Positions 16,762 through 24,968 of a stretch of 64,000 nt of DNA are shown piece by piece. Both the position numbers and the translations under genes were made by a program. The DNA comes from Anaerolineales bacterium (GTDB lineage Bacteria > Chloroflexota > Anaerolineae > Anaerolineales > UBA11858), in the NCBI GenBank assembly GCA_034520505.1, contig JAXHNK010000003.1:22323-86322 (forward strand), given 5' to 3'. Below the pieces are notes generated by a model. It made no database searches and was not told the origin of the DNA. It saw only the letters and a list, made by a program, of their open reading frames with translations. The first letter of the stretch is position 1. The number at the start of each line of letters is the position of its first letter.

Positions 16762-19152
16762 ATGCGAGAAAAAACGGTCTCCATTGAAATCCCCCTGATC
16801 ATGCCCGGACTGGAGCAGGAATGCGGCCGCTGTCTGGACCAGGTTCAGCATACTCTTCAGGAGCATAAAGGGGTGCTGTCCACTCACCTGGATCGAGAGC
16901 GTGAGCAGCCGATCCTGCACATTCACTACCTGCCCGATCTAATTTCCCTGGAAACTGTCCGCCGGATCACCCGGGAAACCGGCCTGGACCTGGTCAAACG
17001 CTACCGTCATGAAAGCATACCTCTCCAGGAGCTGGATAACGCCGATCAGGCGCCGGGGATCCGCCGGGCGCTGGAAAACCTGCCGGGGATGCTCCACGCC
17101 CGGGTAAATTACGCAGCCGGATTAGCCTTTGTCGCCTATGAAAAAAAGAAATTAAACCCGGAGAAGATCGCTTCTGCCCTGAGAAAGATGGGGGTGAGGC
17201 CGGTCAACTGGCCGGAAGCAGCCCCAGCTGAGAGCGCTGATAAACGAGCAGCCGCCTTTTTCCCCCGCTGGATCGAGGAGCGTTTTGAACTGGTCCTGGT
17301 GGGTGTAACTGGAATCCTCATCCTTCTGGGCTGGGGCGGAGATCAGTTCTGGGCTTTCCCCGATCCATTCCCCCAGATCCTGCTGATGCTGGCTTATCTG
17401 AGCGGGGGGATCAGCCTATTCCTGCGGGCAGTGCCCGGTTTATTCCAGGGGAACTTCGACACCGACGTTCTGATGCTGGCCGCCGCCGGAGGCGCAGCGG
17501 TTCTCGACAAATGGGCCGAGGGCGCTTTTCTGCTCTTTCTTTTCAACCTGGGCCATGCCGGGGAACATTATGCGTTGAACAAAGCCCGGACCGCGGTTAA
17601 CGCATTGGGAGAGCTGCTGCCCCAGACTGCCCGGGTACGGCGGGAAGGTGAAATCCTGGAGGTACCGGTGAAAACCGTAAACCCCGGTGAACGAGTGCTG
17701 GTCCGTCCCGGCGAACGGATTCCAGTGGACGGCAGGGTCCTCTCCGGGGAGAGCACGGTCGATCAAAGTCCCATCACCGGGGAAAGCGTCCCGGTGAGGA
17801 AAACGCCGGGGGGCGAAATTTTCGCCGGGTCTGTCAACCAGGATCAAAGCCTGGAAATCGAGGTCACCCGGGCCGCTGAGGATAACACGTTAGCCCGGGT
17901 GATGGATCTGGTGGCTGAAGCCCAGAGCCAGCAAAGCCCCACCCAGCGATTCACCGACCGGTTTACCTCCTGGTTTGTCCCCGCGGTGCTGATCCTGACC
18001 CTGCTGGTGATCACCGTCCCCCCCCTGATCGGCTGGTTGTCGTTCCAGGACAGTTTTTACCGGGCGATGCTGCTGCTGGTCGCGGCCTCTCCCTGTGCCC
18101 TTGCCCTGGGAACCCCGGCAGCAGTTCTGACCGGAATCGCCCAGGCCGCCCGCAACGGGGTGTTGATCAAAGGCGGGGTCCACCTGGAAAACCTGGGCAG
18201 GATCCAGGTCCTGGCCCTGGACAAAACCGGCACCCTGACCGAGGGCAAATTTCAGATTACCGATCTCATTCCCATCAACGGCACAACGCCGGAAGAGCTC
18301 CTACGGACAGCCGCGGCCGTAGAAACCGAATCCAGCCATCCCCTGGCCGCGGCGGTGGTTGACGAAGCCCGGGCCCGAAGCCTCACCCTACCGGCGGTGG
18401 GACTGCTGGAAAACTTTTCCGGCCGGGGGGTGGGCAGCGAAATAGGCGGCCAGCAGGTGTTGATCGGCACCCTCGATTTGCACCGGGAAAAAAGCGAGCA
18501 CAACCCCGGAAAGGATGTTATCAGGCTGGTGAAGCGCTTGGAAGAAGAAGGAAAAACCACCATGACCGTCCGCCGGGGAGAAAACTATCTGGGTGTGATC
18601 GCCCTGGCGGACATTTCCCGGGCGGGGGTCAAGGAAACGTTAACTTCCCTGCTGAACCTGGGGATCAAAAAAATTGTCATGCTGACTGGGGATAACCGCC
18701 GGGCTGCCGAGAAGACCGGGAAAGAACTGGCGGTCACTGATATCCGTTCCAACCTGCTCCCCGCCGACAAACTGACCGCGGTCAAGGAGCTGGAGCGGGA
18801 ATACGGGGAAATCGGCATGATCGGAGACGGGATCAACGATGCACCGGCCTTGGCCGCGGCCACCGTGGGAATTGCCATGGGCGGAGCCGGGACAGCGGCT
18901 GCTTTAGAAACCGCTGATATCGCCCTGATGGCTGATGACCTGAGCAAACTGCCCTTTGCCGTGGGGCTGAGCAGGGCCAGCCGGCGAGTAATCCAGCAAA
19001 ATTTAATCATCTCCCTGGGGGTGATCGCACTGCTGATCCTGAGTTCGGTCCTGGGCTGGTTTCCGCTGGGATGGGCCGTCGTTTTTCACGAGGGAAGCAG
19101 CATCGCCGTGGTGCTCAACGCGCTGCGTCTGCTGGGGTATAAGGAAAGATAA
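16762..19152 (+). CDS. heavy-metal translocating P1B-type ATPase (SPC / HEGSS signature, P1B-4-like)
   Basis: 796 aa with DKTGTLT, TGDN and GDGINDAP. The TM metal motif is ASPCAL and a late TM carries HEGSS. The N-terminus has one CxxC (ECGRC) and one degenerate HMA-like repeat. Confidence 0.9.
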   Translation: MREKTVSIEIPLIMPGLEQECGRCLDQVQHTLQEHKGVLSTHLDREREQPILHIHYLPDLISLETVRRITRETGLDLVKRYRHESIPLQELDNADQAPGIRRALENLPGMLHARVNYAAGLAFVAYEKKKLNPEKIASALRKMGVRPVNWPEAAPAESADKRAAAFFPRWIEERFELVLVGVTGILILLGWGGDQFWAFPDPFPQILLMLAYLSGGISLFLRAVPGLFQGNFDTDVLMLAAAGGAAVLDKWAEGAFLLFLFNLGHAGEHYALNKARTAVNALGELLPQTARVRREGEILEVPVKTVNPGERVLVRPGERIPVDGRVLSGESTVDQSPITGESVPVRKTPGGEIFAGSVNQDQSLEIEVTRAAEDNTLARVMDLVAEAQSQQSPTQRFTDRFTSWFVPAVLILTLLVITVPPLIGWLSFQDSFYRAMLLLVAASPCALALGTPAAVLTGIAQAARNGVLIKGGVHLENLGRIQVLALDKTGTLTEGKFQITDLIPINGTTPEELLRTAAAVETESSHPLAAAVVDEARARSLTLPAVGLLENFSGRGVGSEIGGQQVLIGTLDLHREKSEHNPGKDVIRLVKRLEEEGKTTMTVRRGENYLGVIALADISRAGVKETLTSLLNLGIKKIVMLTGDNRRAAEKTGKELAVTDIRSNLLPADKLTAVKELEREYGEIGMIGDGINDAPALAAATVGIAMGGAGTAAALETADIALMADDLSKLPFAVGLSRASRRVIQQNLIISLGVIALLILSSVLGWFPLGWAVVFHEGSSIAVVLNALRLLGYKER

Positions 19153-19408
19153 CCCGGATCCTGGGATTTGCAATCGGTGACCCCTTTGATCCCTCAGCGG
19201 CGGTGCTATTCTGAGAGGCATTTCTGCCTTGGCTGCGTTCAAGCCTGGGATTACAACCCGCAGATATATTTATTCTCAAACTGAACGGAGTGAGATATCC
19301 TTCTGAAGAAATTTTGATCCTTACCCTGCTGCAGTGGATATCTTTCCCTTCCCAGGTTATGATTAAATGATCTTCCCCAACCTGTACTGATCTTTTCAGG
19401 AGTTCTCG

Positions 19409-20146
19409 ATGTCTGATTCTGCCTTGATGTGGATCGAAATTATTTTCAACATCTCTTACCTGACAGTAATCTGGTGGCTGGTCATCACCATGTTACTCCA
19501 TAGATCTGCAGTCAAGGAGGCAGAGCAAAGAACCGCGAAGCTGTTCATCCTTGCCTTTGGTTTACTGGCTCTGGGAGACACCGGACATGTCGGCTTCCGG
19601 GTAGTGGCTTTCTTGAAGGGAGATCTCAGCACCCGGGTTGATTTTCTGGGCTTTTCGGGAAGCCTGGTCGGGTTGGGCGCCCTGGCTACCGCCTTCACGG
19701 TAACCCTTTTTTACATAGTGATGCTGGAAATCTGGAGGACCCACTTTGCTTCCCAACACGGACTTTTTTCTGCCCTACTGCTGTTTGCAGGGCTGGTTCG
19801 CCTGGGATTGATGACCCTGCCCTTCAACCAGTGGGACCGAGTGGTGCCGGTTCAGCCCTGGTCCACGATCCGGAATATCCCCCTGATGATCCTGGGTCTG
19901 GGAGCCGCTGCCCTGCTCCTGATCGACGGTATCAAAGCTCAAGACCGCACTTTTATCGCCATTTCCGCTTCCATCCTGTTCTCTTACGCCTGCTACATTC
20001 CCGTGATCCTCTGGGTACATCAGGTTCCTCTGCTGGGAATGCTGATGATTCCCAAAACACTGGCCTATCTGGTGGTCGGACTTCTAGCCTACCGGGAGCT
20101 TTATCCCCGGCCGCCGTTGGCCGGAGAAGCCCAGGAACTAAATTAG
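19409..20146 (+). CDS. multi-pass membrane protein, unknown function
   Basis: 245 aa, about 7 hydrophobic segments. No motif recognised. Confidence 0.55.
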   Translation: MSDSALMWIEIIFNISYLTVIWWLVITMLLHRSAVKEAEQRTAKLFILAFGLLALGDTGHVGFRVVAFLKGDLSTRVDFLGFSGSLVGLGALATAFTVTLFYIVMLEIWRTHFASQHGLFSALLLFAGLVRLGLMTLPFNQWDRVVPVQPWSTIRNIPLMILGLGAAALLLIDGIKAQDRTFIAISASILFSYACYIPVILWVHQVPLLGMLMIPKTLAYLVVGLLAYRELYPRPPLAGEAQELN

Positions 20147-20228
20147 GTAATCAGTGATCAGGTTATTTCTTTCCGATCGCACCGGAAACTGTAATATACA
20201 AAAACTCATAGAGAGGAACTCATCCGCT

Positions 20229-20600
20229 TCAGGACAGAACCAGGTCCTGGATGCGGTGGATGGCCCGGTTGGTTTCCCGGCGGTAGGATGTTTCCGGCGG
20301 CACCAGCACACCGAGGATAATATAATCCCGGCCCAGATCCACCGGCCGGCAAACCCAGTGCACCCGGTCATTCGCCCGGATCGTGACCTCGTCCACCGGG
20401 GCCATTTCCAGCTCACCCCTGATTTGCGTGCTGACCTGACCGAGCAAAGCAACCATCGCTGTGTCCACTTCCCCGTTGGGCAGTTGGGGAGCATTGGCAA
20501 TGGGCAGGCCCTCATCTGTTGCCAGCACCGAGCGTTCAAAACCCCCGCTCTGATTCATCTCTGCCAACACCTGCTGAAACTGATTGAGGAAATTTTTCAC
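20229..20600 (-). CDS. Roadblock/LC7 (MglB-like) domain protein
   Basis: Start set to the GTG preceded by AGGAGA, 13 nt after the GTPase stop. The Roadblock pattern is ...GGFERSVLATDEGLPIA...VALLGQV.... Confidence 0.7.
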   Translation of the reverse strand: MKNFLNQFQQVLAEMNQSGGFERSVLATDEGLPIANAPQLPNGEVDTAMVALLGQVSTQIRGELEMAPVDEVTIRANDRVHWVCRPVDLGRDYIILGVLVPPETSYRRETNRAIHRIQDLVLS

Positions 20601-20613
20601 TGAATTCTCCTGG

Positions 20614-21210
20614 TCACGATCGGTTTCCGATACGATCCTGAGCATGGTGCACGACATGATTGATAATTTTCTTCAACCCCTCGACCACACCCGTGCCCTC
20701 TGTAGCCACCGTTTCATAGGTGGGCACCCCTTTCATCCCTAACTTTTCTTTCATCACCAGCACCGGGACGATATCCGTTAAATCCCGCTTATTGCACTGG
20801 AGGATGATGGGCATATTCTGCGGTTGAAACCCCAGGGAGACCAAATCCTGTCCCAGGTCTTTAACCGCCCGGATGTTATCCCGCAAACGTTTCTGCTGGG
20901 AGTCAGCCACGAAGACAATTCCATCAACTCCCTTGAGCACCAGCTTGCGGGTGCTGCGGTAATAAATCTGACCGGGAACTGTATAGAGGTTAAAACGGGG
21001 TTTTAACCCCGCTACTTTTCCCATTTCAAACTGCATGAAATCGAAATAAAGGGTGCGGTCCTCCCGCGTCTTGAGAGTGACCATTTCACCCCGGCGTTCG
21101 GGGTTGATCCGGGTATGAATGTACTGTAAAGAGGTAGTCTTCCCACTGAGTGACGGCCCGTAGTAGACTATTTTCAGGTTAATTTCACGCAGCTTCCAGT
21201 TGATGAACAT
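20614..21210 (-). CDS. MglA-family Ras-like small GTPase
   Basis: 198 aa. P-loop GPSLSGKT, switch II TVPGQ (the MglA-type T-x-x-GQ in place of DxxGQ) and NKRD. Confidence 0.85.
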   Translation of the reverse strand: MFINWKLREINLKIVYYGPSLSGKTTSLQYIHTRINPERRGEMVTLKTREDRTLYFDFMQFEMGKVAGLKPRFNLYTVPGQIYYRSTRKLVLKGVDGIVFVADSQQKRLRDNIRAVKDLGQDLVSLGFQPQNMPIILQCNKRDLTDIVPVLVMKEKLGMKGVPTYETVATEGTGVVEGLKKIINHVVHHAQDRIGNRS

Positions 21211-21224
21211 ACCCTAGATTCCCA

Positions 21225-21713
21225 TCAGTCATCCAAAAAAGTGTTTTCCAACTCCTGGGTCAATCCGCGGGTAAAATCATCGGGGTTAATGGGACCGGGT
21301 TCGCCCATAATTTGCTCAAAATCTTCCGTAAGCGGTCTGAGCTGGTCCACTGCCCGCTTGGCAAACAATCGAACCAAGCCGATCGGGGTTTCCGACCTGA
21401 AGATCACAATCAAAATAAAACTACCGACAATGTTATGCAGATAGATGCTCTTGGATTCACCCTCATGAAAGAAGGAACCGTGCGGGTCGTCTTCGCCGAT
21501 CCTCCGGGCCAATTCGCCCATAGCCGCCACATCTCCCGCAGCCAGGGCCGCCACAGTGGCCGGTTCGCCCTTTTCCATGATACCCTGAGCAGAAATTAAC
21601 TGCCCGCTGATGTCCGCCAGGAGAATACACTCTGTGCGGGCTTTCTCCATCAGATGATCCAGAATATCATCAATTTTTTGTAATAACTGTTCAGGTAATT
21701 CTAATCCGGCCAT
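21225..21713 (-). CDS. Roadblock/LC7 (MglB-like) domain protein with C-terminal extension
   Basis: 162 aa. Pattern CILLADISGQLISAQG...AALAAGDVAAMGELARRIG.... Confidence 0.75.
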   Translation of the reverse strand: MAGLELPEQLLQKIDDILDHLMEKARTECILLADISGQLISAQGIMEKGEPATVAALAAGDVAAMGELARRIGEDDPHGSFFHEGESKSIYLHNIVGSFILIVIFRSETPIGLVRLFAKRAVDQLRPLTEDFEQIMGEPGPINPDDFTRGLTQELENTFLDD

Positions 21714-21786
21714 AACTAACTCCTCTCTGCTTCAAGAAAGCAGGTGGTTCGATCCCGGAAAAATTCCGGACAAACATCCGGTTAAA

Positions 21787-22590
21787 TCACCGCCGCAGAC
21801 GCTCAATCGCTGCTTTCAGGCTGGTCCGCATCCGTTCGATGGATTGAGCCAGTCGCTCCATATCCCCTCCCACACTGACATCAATGGGTACATCCAGGTC
21901 ACCGCGGCTGATGGCGTCCGAAGCTTCTACCAGATGGGAGATGGAGTAAATCATCCGGCCGGAGACCCGGAGGGCGACGATGACAGCCACCACGATAAAG
22001 ACACCGACCACCAAACTGAGCACGCTCAAGAAAGTGTACACTATAGACAGCCTGGCAGCCCGCTCCCGTTCCCGATCGGTTAATTCCCGCAAGCGGTTGA
22101 GCTGGGTCTCATCCAGTTCATCCATGGCGGGGAACAATGTGTTCCTGGCAAAAGTCCTGGCATCCCCGAGCTTAATTACAGCCGCAGTATTGTCATCTGG
22201 ATTTGCCTTATAGGCAGCGATCACATCATCCAGGATGGCGGAATAGGTCCGATGTGCGTCAGCGACCGCAGCAACCCCCTCCGGATTGGAATCTTCCAGC
22301 ACCCGGACCACTTCTTCCCAGCGCTGGTCATACTCCTGCCGGGATTCTTCAATCAAATTCAACTGTCCGCTGAATCCAGTGAGCACATACTGGCTGACAC
22401 CGATCCTTTCCTCCAGGACTGTACGTTCCAGGTTATTGGTGGCCAGCACCGCATCCTGAAGTTCAATCAAATCGGTCGTTATATCCAGGTTGGTCCGGAG
22501 GAAATTCACACTCACCAGCGAGGTGGCTACCAGCAAGACAACCACGAAGCCCATGGCGATGATGTATTTTCGTAAATTAGCGAGTTTCAT
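21787..22590 (-). CDS. membrane sensor: TM - helical extracytoplasmic domain - TM - HAMP, no output domain
   Basis: 267 aa with two TM segments. The C-terminal HAMP-like region is ISHLVEASDAISRGDLDVPIDVSVGGDMERLAQSIERMRTSL, and the protein ends 12 aa later. Confidence 0.7.
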   Translation of the reverse strand: MKLANLRKYIIAMGFVVVLLVATSLVSVNFLRTNLDITTDLIELQDAVLATNNLERTVLEERIGVSQYVLTGFSGQLNLIEESRQEYDQRWEEVVRVLEDSNPEGVAAVADAHRTYSAILDDVIAAYKANPDDNTAAVIKLGDARTFARNTLFPAMDELDETQLNRLRELTDRERERAARLSIVYTFLSVLSLVVGVFIVVAVIVALRVSGRMIYSISHLVEASDAISRGDLDVPIDVSVGGDMERLAQSIERMRTSLKAAIERLRR

Positions 22591-22652
22591 ATTTCAGTCT
22601 CCTCGTCAAATGCAGCGCCCAAAAGTTCACCAGTTTCATTTCTGTTCCCGAT

Positions 22653-23450
22653 CTAGGAAGCATTTAATTCATTCAACATTGTGCCCTGAAAACGGGTTCG
22701 CTGTTCTTCATTCTGGATTTCCAGGCTGATTCTTTCCACTAATTCAGCCGCTTTTCGCCGGGGAAAATTTTTCCGGGTTTCACCCAGCATGCTGATTTCA
22801 TCTTCAATGATCACCGGGGCCAAGGGTCCCATAATTTCAGTAAATTCTGACTGCAGCCGCTCAAAAAAACTTTCACCCATCAATTCCTGCTGGGCGACGT
22901 TGGTCCGGGCTTCTTCCTGCAGCAGCCCGGCCGTGACCAGGCTGTAAACCATCTTTGCAGTGTCAAATTCATCCATTTCCAGGATCTCAGCAATGTCCAG
23001 CACACTGCGTTTCCCATCCACCTGGGCCAGCACCTGCCACTCCCGGGGTTTCAGGCTGACGGTGCTGGTGGACCCTGAAGGAGAGAGAGAAAAAACCATA
23101 TCTGTGGTGGGAACCACCTTTTTGATATCCTCCCACTGCTCGGCCCGCCGACCGGCTTCCAGAAGCATCTGCTCGGTGGTCAGGCTGATAGATTCTTCGG
23201 GCGCGTCGGCTTCCGGGAAAAAACGCAAATCCCCTTCCACCCAGGCCATCAAACTGTAAACCGCTGCCTCCCCCATCTGGGAGCCGGTTACCGCATGAAC
23301 CAGATTGCCGTCCTGCAGATAGACTTCCCCAGTTTTTCCGTCGTGTTCCAATTCCAGCCGTCCCGAACGGCGGCTGGAACTGAGCACCTTTAATATATCC
23401 AGGAGCGGTAATTGAGACAAATTACCTTTCAATACTTCCGCCATGACCAT
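22653..23450 (-). CDS. PATAN (DUF4388) domain protein
   Basis: The N-terminus LKGNLSQLPLLDILKVLSSSRRSGRLELEHDGKTGEVYLQDGNLVHAV...GEAAVYSLMAW..GDLRF is the DUF4388 pattern. Confidence 0.75.
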   Translation of the reverse strand: MVMAEVLKGNLSQLPLLDILKVLSSSRRSGRLELEHDGKTGEVYLQDGNLVHAVTGSQMGEAAVYSLMAWVEGDLRFFPEADAPEESISLTTEQMLLEAGRRAEQWEDIKKVVPTTDMVFSLSPSGSTSTVSLKPREWQVLAQVDGKRSVLDIAEILEMDEFDTAKMVYSLVTAGLLQEEARTNVAQQELMGESFFERLQSEFTEIMGPLAPVIIEDEISMLGETRKNFPRRKAAELVERISLEIQNEEQRTRFQGTMLNELNAS

Positions 23451-23494
23451 TCTCCTTCCTGTGAAACTGTAATAATTATAATCTCAAATAGATT

Positions 23495-23935
23495 TCAAGG
23501 GATGAATAAATCCCCGTTCTCCGGCAGGTTAGTTTCCACAAAGATATCGGGGAGCTCCACATCCCGGCTGACAGCATGAGACTCCAGCTCCTTCTGGATC
23601 TTCCCGTCCTGTTCCCAGCGGCTGGAAACCACGTTCATCGTCATCCTGAGCAGCGAGATATCCAGCCCGGGGTCACAGATCACAATCAGAGCTGAATGTC
23701 CCAGATCCCTCACCACCAGCCGGGACCCCTGATAAATAAAATCTAATTCTTCAGCAGGATCTCCCCAGGTCTCCAGGCCCAGCAAAACCTGGATCACATG
23801 GAGGCTGATCAATCCCAACTCCTTGCCAGTCAGTTCCAGGGGAGGATCGACAGCGATCACTTCTCCGTGGTTGTCAGCCAGAAAACAGCCGTAGACGTTT
23901 TTTACCTGTTTGATCTGATGCAGCCCTGCTTGCAC
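23495..23935 (-). CDS. Roadblock/LC7-like protein (divergent)
   Basis: 146 aa. VYGCFLADNHGEVIA...SLHVIQVLLG...LVVRDLGHSALIVICD resembles the Roadblock alpha-beta-alpha pattern. Confidence 0.55.
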   Translation of the reverse strand: MQAGLHQIKQVKNVYGCFLADNHGEVIAVDPPLELTGKELGLISLHVIQVLLGLETWGDPAEELDFIYQGSRLVVRDLGHSALIVICDPGLDISLLRMTMNVVSSRWEQDGKIQKELESHAVSRDVELPDIFVETNLPENGDLFIP

Positions 23936-23955
23936 AATACCATCCTTACCTGTGA

Positions 23956-24966
23956 TTAAGTAAACATCCCCGGCAGGAGCCTGTCCAGCCGGAATTTTTT
24001 GATCAATTCTTGATTCTGATCGACGAGAGGATCAACCTGGCGTTTAACCAGGCCGTAAATATCCCGGTTGGGCAGCTCTTGATCCAGGGTATTGAGGGCG
24101 CCTTCCAACCCCTCTGCCAACCCCCGGCTGAACTCCTTATGGGGCTCACCCCGGTAATCAATCTCCCCATCCTGATAGAAGAACTTGGCTGCAAAGGGAT
24201 CTAAAAAGGGATATTCATCAGCGTTCTCAATCAAATTATCCTTCAAGATGTTCAAAAAATGGCCCTCATCCGTCAAGCGGTCGACCACCCTTTCAGCCGC
24301 CCCCAGGACCTGTCCCCAGAGTTCAAGCTGCTGGGGAAAATCAAAACTGGCCATAATCTCTTCGCTTTCTTCCATGGATTCTTCCAGGCCGGCCTGATAG
24401 ACGTTAAAAACCGCTCCCTGCAGGGAAGCTTGCTCAATAATGCGGGGCAGCATGTTCTTCCCGGTGATATCTTCTCCCCCGGCTGAAAACAGGCTGTTGA
24501 TCACTTTACCGGCCAGCAAAAAGATAAAACCTGTGGTTTGATCGCCCTCGAGGTGAACCTCGATATAACCGGTGTGATCATCACCCTGCAGTTTATTAAT
24601 TAATCCCTCCAGGGAGGTGAAATCCGTGCTCAAATTCCGGTAAACGATCTCACTGCGGGCGATGCTGGAAAGCATGGTCACCATCTCCCCATCCACCCGG
24701 TAAACGTTTATCGCCCCATCCTTCTCCAGGGATTTATCGATCACCCGTTGTACCGCTTCCTGGCCGGTGAAAGTGCTGCCGTCAATCTCTTCCACGGCGT
24801 TGACCACGTTCCCGTTGTCCATCAACAAAAGACCATCATACTCCCAGAAGACAACCTCAACACAGCCGGTGAAATCATTCTCCTCCAGGTTTTTCAGCAG
24901 TTCACTGACATCAGCAAATGAAGTGTTGAGATTTTTGTACACCGGATTATTTTTAGGGAATATCAT
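23956..24966 (-). CDS. protein with two tandem PATAN-like repeats
   Basis: There is an internal duplication: Y[KR]NL[NS]T.F...L...L....TG..EV...G....G.V.N...TG......GA.NVY is present twice (aa ~10-110 and ~110-200). Confidence 0.6.
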   Translation of the reverse strand: MIFPKNNPVYKNLNTSFADVSELLKNLEENDFTGCVEVVFWEYDGLLLMDNGNVVNAVEEIDGSTFTGQEAVQRVIDKSLEKDGAINVYRVDGEMVTMLSSIARSEIVYRNLSTDFTSLEGLINKLQGDDHTGYIEVHLEGDQTTGFIFLLAGKVINSLFSAGGEDITGKNMLPRIIEQASLQGAVFNVYQAGLEESMEESEEIMASFDFPQQLELWGQVLGAAERVVDRLTDEGHFLNILKDNLIENADEYPFLDPFAAKFFYQDGEIDYRGEPHKEFSRGLAEGLEGALNTLDQELPNRDIYGLVKRQVDPLVDQNQELIKKFRLDRLLPGMFT

Positions 24967-24968
24967 GG

